Under the pieces are notes generated by a model. It searched no databases, had not been told where the DNA came from, and saw only the letters and a list, made by a program, of their open reading frames with translations. A stretch of DNA of 64,000 nt from Polyangiaceae bacterium. Lineage in GTDB: Bacteria > Myxococcota_A > Polyangia > Polyangiales > Polyangiaceae. Position numbers and translations under genes: made by a program. Positions 1-8,941 of the stretch are shown piece by piece. Location: the NCBI GenBank assembly GCA_025936045.1, contig JAICUB010000015.1:30642-94641 (forward strand), read 5' to 3'. Within the stretch, counting starts at the first letter, position 1. Each line of letters opens with the position of its first letter.

Positions 1-824
1 GTGTTGAGCGCGAAGCCGTTCGCGTCTTCCACTCCGCCCATCTTGAGCAAGCGCGCTTCGTCCTCCACCGTGTGCCAACGGGAGTGGCCGCCGTCGAGGT
101 ACACGATCGTCTTCGGGTTCTGGCGCAGGACCTTGATCGCGTCGTGCAGCAAGAACACGCGCTCCTCCTGCTGCGCTTTGGTGAGGCAGTTCTCCTTCTC
201 GAGTAGACCGAGGGCGTCCGGCTCGAGAATGATGATGGCGGCGCGATCACCGATGCCCGCCGCGACCTTGCGGACCCAGCGCTGGTAGGCCTCCTTGGTC
301 TTGAGGCCGCCCGCCGAGTGCTGCCCGCAATCCCGTCCGGGCACGTTGTAGAGCACGAACGTCGGAACTTCGCCCTTCGAGGACGACTGATCGACCGTCC
401 ACTTCACCTTGCGGTAGACGTTGCTGTTCCACTCGCCGAGCCAGAGCGCCTGCGAGTACTTGGCGATCTTCTCGCGGAAGAGCTTCGCCACCTCGGGCTG
501 GGTCTTCTCGAGCGCGTTGGCGCGGAGCGCCGCGTTCGTGTCCGGGTCGATCCAGAGCTTGATGCCCTTGAGCGGGTTCCCGGTGGCCTTCGGGGGCGTC
601 GGCGGGTCGGTGATCGGCGCGTCGTCGGGCGGACCGTTGTCGTTGCTCGGGGAGAGGGCGGTGCTGGCACCGGCCGTCGTCGCTCCCTTGCCGTCGTCGG
701 CCGCGCTGCCGCAGGCGACGAACGAGGCGAGCGTGCCGCAGAGGACGAGCGACTTGCACGCCCAACCGACTGAACGCCGCAAATTCGAACCGACAGAGTT
801 ACTTACATCGATTGACGAGGCCAT
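1..824 (-). CDS. Glycoside hydrolase family 6 (cellulase) lipoprotein, 3'-partial
   Basis: Manual translation (absent from the ORF track because there is no stop in the window). ATG at 824 follows AAGGAG. Lipobox-like FVAC, then GH6 motifs FVLYNVPGRDCGQHSAGG, IILEPDAL, VYLDGGHSRW and GFALN. Confidence 0.9.
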   Translation of the reverse strand, partial: MASSIDVSNSVGSNLRRSVGWACKSLVLCGTLASFVACGSAADDGKGATTAGASTALSPSNDNGPPDDAPITDPPTPPKATGNPLKGIKLWIDPDTNAALRANALEKTQPEVAKLFREKIAKYSQALWLGEWNSNVYRKVKWTVDQSSSKGEVPTFVLYNVPGRDCGQHSAGGLKTKEAYQRWVRKVAAGIGDRAAIIILEPDALGLLEKENCLTKAQQEERVFLLHDAIKVLRQNPKTIVYLDGGHSRWHTVEDEARLLKMGGVEDANGFALN

Positions 825-899
825 GAACGGCTCCTTTATTCCGCCTCGCCGCCGCCCGCAAGCGCCGGAAAGCCGGGAGTTTATCGCCCCCCGAACCAC

Positions 900-2711
900 T
901 CATGGCAACGGACTTCGCTTTCGATCGAGGAATCGTCGAACCCGCGCCCAGGCACGATGGAGCACCGCGGCAAACCCGGGCCGCACGAGACAGGCGAGCA
1001 GCGTGAGCACCGCGAGCGGCACGGACCAGGCGAGCGTCCGCGGAAAGTAGCGGAACTCGACGCGTTGGTTGCCGGCGGCGAGCCGCGTCGCGACGAGGCC
1101 GTCCGCCGCGAGGGCCGGCTTGCCGTCGGCGCGCCAGCTCGGGTCGTAATTCATGTCGTAGACGAGAAGCGACCCGGGCGCCGCGCCCTTCACGTCGACG
1201 AGCGCGTGGTTCGGCGTCCAATCGACCACGCTCGCATTGCCCGGGCCGTCGACGAAAACGAGCCCGCGGTAGCCCGGCGCTTCGCTCGGGATGGCGCTCG
1301 GGACGAACGCGGGGTCGACGCCGTAACACTTGACGATGCCCTTGTTGGCGAACATCGCGAGCAGCGCGGGCTCCGCCCAGTCGCGGCGGACGTATTGGAC
1401 CTGCGGACGCAAGTGCTGCTCGAAGAGCGGTGCCTTCGCGATGTGCTCCGGCGCGCGCATCCAGAAGGCTTGCTCGAAGGGCGTTTGCGAGAAACGCGCC
1501 ATGTCCCAGGCGAGCAAGGCCACGGGCGCGAGCAGCGCCACGTCGAGCCAAGGACGGCGCGCGAGCTTGGGAGCCAGGTACTCGCCGGTCACGAGCACGA
1601 ACACCGCTCCGAACATGAGCAGCATCGGGTAGTGGTAACGCGAAGGCACGTGCTGCGACGCGAACAACGGCAGGCGGTGGAGAAGCGCCCAGGGCGCTAG
1701 CGGGCTCCACGCGCCGAAGCCGAGCAAGAGGCAGAGAAAGCCCAAAAGCCTGTAGCTTTGCACGCGCGCGCCGCGACCGAAGAGCGCCCCGACGAGCAGC
1801 ACGAGGAGTCCGCCGGCTCCGACGTAGATGCCCCACTCGTGCCAGTTGTAGGCGGGCACGGGCGTCGCCGCGACGCCGAAGCGCTGGTCGGGGGCCGTGA
1901 GCATGACGAGGAGTTGACGGAAGCCGATCACCTCCTTCGACTCGATGAGGCGCGGGATGACGCTCATCTGATCGACGACCGCGAAGAGCTTGGGCGCGGC
2001 GAACCCGAGCGCGGACGCGCCGACCAGCGCGAAGCTCCGCAGCGGCGAGAGCGAGCGTTCGAAGGCCGCGCGCAAGCACGCGTAAAGAGCGATGAGGAGC
2101 GCCGTGTGCGGCAGCGGATAGACGCCGCCCGCGTAACAGATGAGAGCGATCGCGAGTCCCGCCCCGAGCGCGAAGCGACGCCTCGCGGGCTCGAGTGAAC
2201 GCTCGAAACAATAGAACGCCCACGGCATGAAGGCGTATTGCAAGTGCCAGGTGTGCCCGACCGCCGCCTGCAGCGCCCAGCGACCGTTGAGCACGAAAAG
2301 GACCGCCAAGAGCGTGCGGAGGGCGATGCTCCGACACAAGGTCCCCGCGAACAGATACGTGCCCGCGAGCGCGAGCAACCCTTGGCCGAGCACTTCGATA
2401 CGGAGCGCCGTGCGAATGTCGGCGAGCAAGTAGACGGGGAGGTAAGGCGAGACGAAGTTCGGCGCGCCTTCGGGGTAACCGAAGGCCGGCACGCCGCCGC
2501 AGAACCAGGGGTGCCACCAGGGCCCCTCGCCCCGTTTCAGACTGAGGACGGTGATGTAGCGGTTTGCGGCGTGCGAATCCCAATCGTGAAAGCCGTAGGT
2601 CGAAAAATCGGCCAGCATCGGCGCGAGCACGAAGCACAGCGAGCCGACGAGCAGCGCCGTGGCCGCGAGCGTACCGACCAGGCGCGCGCTGCGCGTGGGA
2701 TCCTCGAACAC
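900..2711 (-). CDS. YfhO-like multi-pass membrane protein (GT-C-type glycosyltransferase)
   Basis: Many TM segments; N-terminal [15 protein letters not shown]; C-terminal YfhO-like [24 protein letters not shown]. Confidence 0.65.
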   Translation of the reverse strand: MFEDPTRSARLVGTLAATALLVGSLCFVLAPMLADFSTYGFHDWDSHAANRYITVLSLKRGEGPWWHPWFCGGVPAFGYPEGAPNFVSPYLPVYLLADIRTALRIEVLGQGLLALAGTYLFAGTLCRSIALRTLLAVLFVLNGRWALQAAVGHTWHLQYAFMPWAFYCFERSLEPARRRFALGAGLAIALICYAGGVYPLPHTALLIALYACLRAAFERSLSPLRSFALVGASALGFAAPKLFAVVDQMSVIPRLIESKEVIGFRQLLVMLTAPDQRFGVAATPVPAYNWHEWGIYVGAGGLLVLLVGALFGRGARVQSYRLLGFLCLLLGFGAWSPLAPWALLHRLPLFASQHVPSRYHYPMLLMFGAVFVLVTGEYLAPKLARRPWLDVALLAPVALLAWDMARFSQTPFEQAFWMRAPEHIAKAPLFEQHLRPQVQYVRRDWAEPALLAMFANKGIVKCYGVDPAFVPSAIPSEAPGYRGLVFVDGPGNASVVDWTPNHALVDVKGAAPGSLLVYDMNYDPSWRADGKPALAADGLVATRLAAGNQRVEFRYFPRTLAWSVPLAVLTLLACLVRPGFAAVLHRAWARVRRFLDRKRSPLP

Positions 2712-2832
2712 CCGCGCGACTCTAGCCCACGCCGCGCGGCGGAGCGAAGCGCCACCCGGGCGTCACGGAGCCGACGACAGCGGCCGGGCCGAGTGCGCGA
2801 CTCGTGCATCCGAGCTAGCGTGGGCCGCGAGG

Positions 2833-3093
2833 GTGACGGACCGCCCGCACACCGATCGCGAGGACGAGGGCGGGCTCGAATCGCTCCGCGAACAGGTGCT
2901 CTTGGTGGGCGCGCGGGTCGAGGAGATGATGACGCGCTCGCCGCGCGCGTTCTCCGAGCAGAATAGCAGCTCGCGGGCAGCACGAGCACGCACGATCGCG
3001 AAGTACCTCGAGCGCATCGCCGATCACGCGACCAACATCGCGGAGATGGTCGTGTTCATGGTGCGCGGACAAGACGTCCGGCACATGAGCTAG
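2833..3093 (+). pseudogene. phoU: Internally deleted PhoU (86 aa; pseudogene or mini-protein)
   Basis: GTG at 2833. PhoU N-terminus ([20 protein letters not shown]) is joined in frame to the PhoU C-terminus ([30 protein letters not shown]); the central region is absent. Confidence 0.7.
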
Positions 3094-3108
3094 CCGAGCT
3101 CCCGTACG

Positions 3109-3825
3109 TCAGCGCCGTCCGAGCTTTTCGAGCACGAACTCGAAGAGCTCGCGGGCGTCCTCGGCGAGGGAGCGCCAATCTGCGGGCGGGTCGGCCGGCG
3201 AACCCGACCACGACACGGCGACGTGTTCGGTACGCGCCCCCTCGAGCCGCGCGACGCGCTCACGTTCACGCGCGCGCTCGAGCCCGCCCGCCTGCACGAA
3301 CTCGAGGATACGCGGCAGCTCGCCCGCGTCGAACCACACGCCGTGATGCGGGCAGGTGTCCACGACGATGCCGCTCGTGCCGCCGAAATTGTTGCGGTTC
3401 ATGCGCGTGCGACACGCCGGGCACGCGAGGTAACGCACGGGCTCTTCCGCGGGATTTCGGCGCGCCGGGAGCGCGCGCGGCACCGTGCGGAAGTGCTCGC
3501 GGCGCTCGAGCAAATCGGCGAGCAGGGCATGCTCGACGAACTGGCCCCCGCACGCGCCGCACTCGGCGAGCGTCCCGCTGCCGCCGCCGAAGCCGCGCAA
3601 GCGCGCGTTGCACGTCGGACACTCGAGCTCGACCACGACGTCGAGCGGCTCGAGGCCGAGTTTTTCGCCACAGCCGGCGCAATGCGCGGCGTCGGCCGGG
3701 TTGAGCGTGAAGCAAGCCGCGCAGTGCACGCTCGCGAGCGGCGCGTGGCAGAAGTCGCAGCGTGGCGCGCCGGCAACCACGGGCGCTCCGCACACGGGAC
3801 AACGTCGAACGTCGACTTCGGTCAC
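3109..3825 (-). CDS. Multi zinc-ribbon protein with TFIIB-type zinc-finger repeats
   Basis: Repeated CxxC pairs; CPAC..M..IVVDTCPHHGVWFDAGEL signature. Confidence 0.75.
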   Translation of the reverse strand: MTEVDVRRCPVCGAPVVAGAPRCDFCHAPLASVHCAACFTLNPADAAHCAGCGEKLGLEPLDVVVELECPTCNARLRGFGGGSGTLAECGACGGQFVEHALLADLLERREHFRTVPRALPARRNPAEEPVRYLACPACRTRMNRNNFGGTSGIVVDTCPHHGVWFDAGELPRILEFVQAGGLERARERERVARLEGARTEHVAVSWSGSPADPPADWRSLAEDARELFEFVLEKLGRR

Positions 3826-3858
3826 CTGCTACAATGTATCGTTCCTGACGCGACGCGG

Positions 3859-5505
3859 CTATTCCGCGTGGGGAGCGCGCACGAACAGGTCGAAATCTTC
3901 GACGGACGTCGCGAGTTCGTAGTTCGAGTCGATGAGGTGCTCGAGCTCCGGAAAAGTCGCGAGCGAGCGGCGCGAGTCGAGCGTGTCGCCGGTCACCATC
4001 GGGAACACGTCGTTGCGCTGGACGACGACCACGGCCGGCGGACGCGCGGCGAGATCGCGCATCAGATCGCTGCGCGCCCGCTCCCGCTGCCAGCGCGTCC
4101 GCTGGGGCACGTCGTAGATGAAGCGAGTGGAGGGCTCACGCGACGCGAGCCAATAGATGACCGGCTCGAAGCCCCAGACGAACACCGGTGCGTCGACGCG
4201 TGTCCGCGCGCGAAGCTCGGCCGCCACCGCGCGATCGGCAGCGAGACTCACGTCCGCGACGGCACCGAGCTCGGCGTCGAGCGCCTCGCGCCGCTCGTAC
4301 GGCGGAATCCGCAGCAGGTAGCGCATGCGAATCGCGGAGCGGTCCCAAAAATCCTGCGGCAAGTCACCGACCGCCTGGCGCATCGCGATGCACGCGACCA
4401 CGAACGCGACGAACGCGAGCACGCCGCCGGGCCCGCCCACCAGGCACCGGCGCCAGAGCTTGTAGAGCCCGAGGCCCGCCATGAACGCGATCAGCGGCAG
4501 CGTAGCGGCGTAGTGATACGGAAAGAATTTGCCCTGCATCGCGATGCCGGTCACGTGCATCGCGATCACGCCGAGCACGAGGAAGATCCCTTCGCGCTCG
4601 CGCTGGTGGAGCGGCGTCATTGCGACGGCGGCGATGACCCCGGCCGTGTTGACGGCCGAGAACTTGAAGAACGCCTCCTGGAGCGCGTAATAGAACATCT
4701 CAGGCGCGCGCCGGCCCGTCCAGCTGAGCGCCGTGTAGCCGGGGGTAAAGTCGTGCATCGTCCAGTAGAGCGCGCCGAGGCCGCCGCGCGCCGCAAACCA
4801 AGCGATGGTGAGGACGAACGGCAAGACGGCGCCGACGCCGACGATCACGAGGGCGGCGACGGCGCTCTTCAGGCCCGTCTGCAGTTGCTCGCGTTTGACG
4901 AGGTACGCCCCGCATACGAGGGCGCCTCCGCCGAGGGGCGGTTTGAGCAGCGCGGCGCACCCGAACGCGAACCCGACGAGTAGCCAGCGCAGGTAGCGCT
5001 GCGGTCGACGGCCTTCCGCGGTCGTGAGTACGAGCGCGACGAACGTGAGCACGCCGCCGAAGGTCTCCGGCTGCCCGGTGTGCCAAAATTCGAGCTCGGC
5101 GTGGATTAATCCCGCGAGGGCGCCGCCGACGTAGCCGACCGTGCTGTTCCCGAAAAACGTCTGGGCGAGCCGTCCCGAGCACGCGACGAGCAGCACGAGC
5201 CCGAGCGCCTCGAGCAGCCGGGGCGCCAGCATGCTCTTGCCGAACACGGCCTGAGCGAACGCGTACACGAAGAAGATCCCGGGCGGCTTGAAATCCCAGA
5301 GGTCCTTGTACGGGACCTTCCCGTGCAAGAGACCCTCGCCGACCACCGCGTAGATGCCTTGGTCACGCCCGAACGGGAAGACGAGGATCTGCAGCGCGGC
5401 AAGCGCTACGACGGCGAAGCACGCGGCGCGGAGCCACGCGTCCGGATCGCGCACGTGCAGGCGCGGGATGATTTCCGCGGCGGGCGGCAGCGACGAACCG
5501 GGCAT
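3859..5505 (-). CDS. ArnT/GT39-like membrane glycosyltransferase
   Basis: RDQGIY..G..PYKDLWDFKPPGI motif and many TM helices; start codon uncertain. Confidence 0.75.
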   Translation of the reverse strand: MPGSSLPPAAEIIPRLHVRDPDAWLRAACFAVVALAALQILVFPFGRDQGIYAVVGEGLLHGKVPYKDLWDFKPPGIFFVYAFAQAVFGKSMLAPRLLEALGLVLLVACSGRLAQTFFGNSTVGYVGGALAGLIHAELEFWHTGQPETFGGVLTFVALVLTTAEGRRPQRYLRWLLVGFAFGCAALLKPPLGGGALVCGAYLVKREQLQTGLKSAVAALVIVGVGAVLPFVLTIAWFAARGGLGALYWTMHDFTPGYTALSWTGRRAPEMFYYALQEAFFKFSAVNTAGVIAAVAMTPLHQREREGIFLVLGVIAMHVTGIAMQGKFFPYHYAATLPLIAFMAGLGLYKLWRRCLVGGPGGVLAFVAFVVACIAMRQAVGDLPQDFWDRSAIRMRYLLRIPPYERREALDAELGAVADVSLAADRAVAAELRARTRVDAPVFVWGFEPVIYWLASREPSTRFIYDVPQRTRWQRERARSDLMRDLAARPPAVVVVQRNDVFPMVTGDTLDSRRSLATFPELEHLIDSNYELATSVEDFDLFVRAPHAE

Positions 5506-5508
5506 ATC

Positions 5509-5585
5509 TGGCGCGCCCCGTAGGATTCGAACCTACGACCCTCGGATTCGAAGTCCGATGCTCTATCCAGCTGAGCTAGGGGCGC
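5509..5585 (-). tRNA. tRNA-Arg (anticodon UCG)
   Basis: Reverse complement GCGCCCCTAGCTCAGCTGGATAGAGCATCGGACTTCGAATCCGAGGGTCGTAGGTTCGAATCCTACGGGGCGCGCCA forms a cloverleaf with loop CT-TCG-AA and an encoded CCA. Confidence 0.95.
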
Positions 5586-5763
5586 GTGAGGGTTGAGCTT
5601 ACCCGCGCGAGCGGGCGCCCGATCTTTCCGAGCCGGCGAAGATAGTCAAGCGCGCCGCCGGCTCGAGGACCGGAATTCGGCGCGGCTGCGGACCGTCCTT
5701 GGCTGCCGCCTGGAGTGAGCGGTTGAAATGACCGCGAGCATGAGCTAGAAGCCTCGCCCTCCC

Positions 5764-5839
5764 GGGTCATTAGCTCAATTGGTAGAGCAGCGGACTCTTA
5801 ATCCGTTGGCTTCAGGTTCAAGTCCTGAATGGCCCACCA
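5764..5839 (+). tRNA. tRNA-Lys (anticodon CUU)
   Basis: GGGTCATTAGCTCAATTGGTAGAGCAGCGGACTCTTAATCCGTTGGCTTCAGGTTCAAGTCCTGAATGGCCCACCA; loop CT-CTT-AA, T-loop and CCA end. Confidence 0.95.
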
Positions 5840-5903
5840 CGAGACAGCCTCCGCGACGCTTGGTCGCGGAGCCGAAAGTTGCGCTGAGACGCTACGAGAG
5901 CTT

Positions 5904-5973
5904 GGTGTCCGCAGGTGTCCGCGGCCTTCGGAGAGGCGCGCGCACGGTCGGGTGGTGTCCGTCGTGGTGTCCG
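5904..5973 (+). repeat. Four direct copies of GGTGTCCG downstream of tRNA-Lys (possible integrase arm-type sites)
   Basis: Copies at 5904, 5914, 5954 and 5966, arranged as two pairs. Confidence 0.55.
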
Positions 5974-5989
5974 CTGGTCCTTTGGACGC

Positions 5990-6420
5990 TACGAACCTAC
6001 CTGCGCTCGGGCATCCCGGCGATCCTCGTCCTGCGTGATGCGGGGGACGTGCACGCGGTAGCCGTCGCCGGGCGGAAGGAGGCGGGGCCGCCCGCAGAGC
6101 TTGGAAACGAACCTCGCGTGCTTCGCTACGGAGCTCTCAAGCGCGTCTACGTGCACGACGACCGAATCGGCCCCTATGTGAAGATGGAGCTCGACATCGT
6201 GAACGAGCACGATTCGCGCGAGATCCAACTCAAGAGAGTCCTCGTCGACGATCCGACGGATGCAAAACTCACGGCGAACACGCGAGTCAACTACGCCATC
6301 TACCCGCTCTATCCGAAGCTACGGCTGACCGCCCCGGATCTCGCTGAGCTCGCCGGCGAGGTCGCGCCGCTCTTCCGTCTCCTCGTGGGCGGTGTGCGCG
6401 CATCCGGTCTCACCGTTAGG
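5990..6420 (+). pseudogene. Fragment of an uncharacterised protein (possible papain-like fold remnant)
   Basis: Protein-like stretch YLRSGIPAIL..HAVAVAG..VYVHDDRIGPY..YPLYPKLRL inside the chimeric 5779-7224 ORF, with no plausible start or own stop; boundaries approximate. Confidence 0.4.
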
Positions 6421-6618
6421 CAATGGCTGATGTGGTCTGCGACACGACCGATATCCACAGGGAAGCGACGCCCTATTCGCCGGTGCTCGGCGTCTTCTTT
6501 TTCAACAGCCGACAGGTGGAGGCGGCAGTTCAGGCGATCGGTGGCAGCATGCCGGGGGCGCCAATCGTTTAGGCACGTCCTCACGCATCGCCTGGCCGTG
6601 AGCTTCGCGCGACGACTC

Positions 6619-7179
6619 TTACGGCTCGCGCGGGTTCGGAGGGGGGTTCAACAAATGGTGGATGACGTCACCGGTGAAGGAGCTGTTCGGATACTTCCCC
6701 AGCATGGCCCGCGCTTCGTTCTTGGCCTCGTCGAGACGACCCATGTTGAACAGAGCCTTGACGACGTTCCATTGGAATTCGGGCGCGTGCGGGCTGTCGG
6801 GGAAGCGATTGACGGCCCGCCTCGCCAACCGCAGCGACTGAGGCGGATCTGCCGCCGCGAGCTCGTGAAGGCTCGAGAGCAGCGAAGCCTCGTCGAGGAG
6901 CTCGCGGGTGTCCCGTTCCACCACCACGGGGTCGCTCGAGGTACGCACGAGCGACAGGGTAGGCGCCGGCTGCGTCGCGCTCGGGGCCGGCTCGGAGTCG
7001 ACCGCGGGCTCCGAGTCCGCTTCGCGCACGCTCGCCGTGGGCTCATTGACGCGGTCGAGTGCGCCGCCGGCGCCGTCAGGTGCATGGGAAAAGTGGTTCC
7101 ACAGCACCAAGGCGCCGGCGAGGACGGCCAGCGGAAGCCCGCCTGTCATGACGGCAGCGACAGTCGCGGCGTTCCTCAT
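6619..7179 (-). CDS. Membrane-anchored protein with C-terminal TPR-like helices
   Basis: N-terminal TM, Pro/Ser linker, RFPDSPHAPE..KALFNMGRLDEAK..KYPNS; starts 13 bp after the GH26 stop. Confidence 0.65.
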   Translation of the reverse strand: MRNAATVAAVMTGGLPLAVLAGALVLWNHFSHAPDGAGGALDRVNEPTASVREADSEPAVDSEPAPSATQPAPTLSLVRTSSDPVVVERDTRELLDEASLLSSLHELAAADPPQSLRLARRAVNRFPDSPHAPEFQWNVVKALFNMGRLDEAKNEARAMLGKYPNSSFTGDVIHHLLNPPPNPREP

Positions 7180-7192
7180 GCGGGTCTCTCGC

Positions 7193-8698
7193 TCACTTCA
7201 GGTTCGGTATCTCGTCCCGAGTGATCGTGTACTGGCTCGCGTAAGCGGCTTTCAGGCTGTCGACCGTGTTGAACATGAAGCCGCTTTGCGCCGTATTTTC
7301 GTACGTTGCCCAGATGTTCCAGAGGACCCAAGGCGCGGTATTCGGGAACATGTAGTCGGGCTGCACTGCAGTCCCGGTCTCGTGCAGCGCGATTGGCATG
7401 CTGGTTCCGAAGATGGCGGCCGCGGGATTGTAATTGGTCGCTGCGTTGAACGTGGCTAAATTGCTCGGCTGTGTGTATTCGTCCGGTCCTCCGATGTCCA
7501 CGAAGGCCTTACCCGGGTAGAAGGACGCACTCGGGCCGCCGCTGAACGGCATCAGCCATACGATGTTCTTGAGACCCTTCGTCTTAGTCAGGTAGTCGAA
7601 CGTGTAGGTCCACAAGTCGATGAACGCCGAGCCTGACGAGGTCTGCGCCCACCAGAACCAGCCGTTCGGCTGAGTCTCATGATAGAGCGCGAAGATGACC
7701 GGCACGTTCGCGGCCTGCATCGCTCCGAGCTGAACGGCCACGTAGTCGAGCTTGGCATTCAAGGACGTATTTTCCGGCGTCCCCGCCGTCACTACGTTCG
7801 TGAAAAACGATCCGGAGGGCTTGGTCGTGGGTTCGGCACAATCGTTCCCCTGGTAACAATCCGCCGTGCAGGTCAAGCCCGCGCCCGGCATGCCCATGTG
7901 GTAACGGAACATGCTGATGCCGCCCGCGTTCCAGTAGGCAATGGCGCGCGTCGTCGAGGGCGTCACGCTCGAGCACGAAGCGCCGTCGCGGTACAGGAAA
8001 TCGCTGCCGAGAACAGCCGGGTACTTGCCGATGTTGCTCGCGTACCAAGCGATGTCCGAAGGGTTCGCGTCCCAGTTGGTTTCTTGTTGCCCCGAGAGGA
8101 CATGATTGCCCTTGATGCCGTAGAGGTAGCAAAGAAGGTTTTTGGTCTGTTGCGTGGCATTGGGAGTGACCGGCGCGACGCTACAGCCGACTCCACCGCC
8201 GGAACCTCCCGACGACGCGGCGCCGCCGCTGGTTGCGCCACCCGAGCTCGGAGTCCCGGCGCCGCCGGCGCCAAGTCCGCCGCTCGAAGAGGCACCACCG
8301 GCGGACCTGCCGCCCGCGGGTGCTTCAGAGCCGCCGTCAGCGCCCGCCTGGGCAGACCTACCCGCGTTCGATAGGCCGCCGCCGAAGCCCGCCGTCTCGC
8401 CGCCGCCCGTTGCGCCGCCGAAGCCCGCCGTCTCGCCGCCACCCGTTGCGCCGCCGAAGCTCGCCGTCTCGCCGCCGCCCGTTGCGCCGCCGAAGCCCGC
8501 CGTTCCGCCGCCACCCATCCCAGCTGTCGAGCTCCCGGCTCGCCCGGCGGCGGGCGCTACGCCACCCGTTGCGTCGTGACCCGCGACCGCGCTCGTCCCT
8601 CCAGTCGCGTCCGGTATGACGGGCTCAGCGCTACTACACGCGAGCTGACCGGCCACCAACGTTACCGTGCCTACGCACGCGATCGAGAGTCTATTCAT
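7193..8698 (-). CDS. Glycoside hydrolase family 26 (beta-mannanase-like) lipoprotein
   Basis: Start MNRLS at 8698, lipobox QLAC, Gly-rich linker, VLSGQQ, HETQPNGWFWWA (acid/base) and PIALHETG (nucleophile). Confidence 0.85.
   Translation of the reverse strand: MNRLSIACVGTVTLVAGQLACSSAEPVIPDATGGTSAVAGHDATGGVAPAAGRAGSSTAGMGGGGTAGFGGATGGGETASFGGATGGGETAGFGGATGGGETAGFGGGLSNAGRSAQAGADGGSEAPAGGRSAGGASSSGGLGAGGAGTPSSGGATSGGAASSGGSGGGVGCSVAPVTPNATQQTKNLLCYLYGIKGNHVLSGQQETNWDANPSDIAWYASNIGKYPAVLGSDFLYRDGASCSSVTPSTTRAIAYWNAGGISMFRYHMGMPGAGLTCTADCYQGNDCAEPTTKPSGSFFTNVVTAGTPENTSLNAKLDYVAVQLGAMQAANVPVIFALYHETQPNGWFWWAQTSSGSAFIDLWTYTFDYLTKTKGLKNIVWLMPFSGGPSASFYPGKAFVDIGGPDEYTQPSNLATFNAATNYNPAAAIFGTSMPIALHETGTAVQPDYMFPNTAPWVLWNIWATYENTAQSGFMFNTVDSLKAAYASQYTITRDEIPNLK
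8378..8512. repeat. 36-bp coding tandem repeat (about 3.7 copies; GETAGFGGATGG)
   Basis: Unit gccgccgaagcccgccgtctcgccgccgcccgttgc repeated in the GH26 linker. Confidence 0.85.
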
Positions 8699-8800
8699 GT
8701 TGCCTCGTGCACGGACGAGCTGGCCGGCGCTGGCGTTTCGGCGCTGCATACGGCGACGAGCAGGGTTCGGCTCATGTCGGTCGTCAGGGGTCGATCCCTG

Positions 8801-8828
8801 AGTTCCCGCTCGACCGAATCAAGGTTCA
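8801..8828 (-). promoter_or_regulatory. Putative ECF-sigma promoter TGAACC-N16-GGAACT facing GH26
   Basis: Minus strand TGAACC TTGATTCGGTCGAGCG GGAACT; one of four copies. Confidence 0.75.
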
Positions 8829-8877
8829 CGTTGTCCGTCCGAGCACTCATCGCGGCGCACCCCGCATGGAAAGGAAG

Positions 8878-8905
8878 TGGACCGCGCGCCAGCCCAGCGG
8901 GAACT
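8878..8905 (+). promoter_or_regulatory. Putative ECF-sigma promoter TGGACC-N16-GGAACT facing the SGNH esterase
   Basis: TGGACC GCGCGCCAGCCCAGCG GGAACT, 36 bp before ATG 8942. Confidence 0.75.
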
Positions 8906-8941
8906 TCGTGCACTGCCGGGACCAACGATCGGCGTGCTCCC

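Noticed and set aside
3223-4983. Long antisense or alternate-frame ORFs (also 799-2637, 11027-12520, 32992-34497, 49351-51378 and others)
   Set aside because: Typical high-GC shadow frames: Arg/Ala/Pro-rich, without motifs, and overlapping well-supported genes.
5779-7224. 481-aa ORF starting inside tRNA-Lys
   Set aside because: Chimeric read-through: it overlaps the tRNA, includes a gene remnant and then runs antisense to the 6619-7179 gene.
8378-8512. Tandem repeats (also 25440-25523 and the GGT linkers at about 50.8-51.1 kb and 55.2-55.6 kb) as a possible CRISPR array
   Set aside because: They are in-frame coding repeats without unique spacers, and there are no cas genes.
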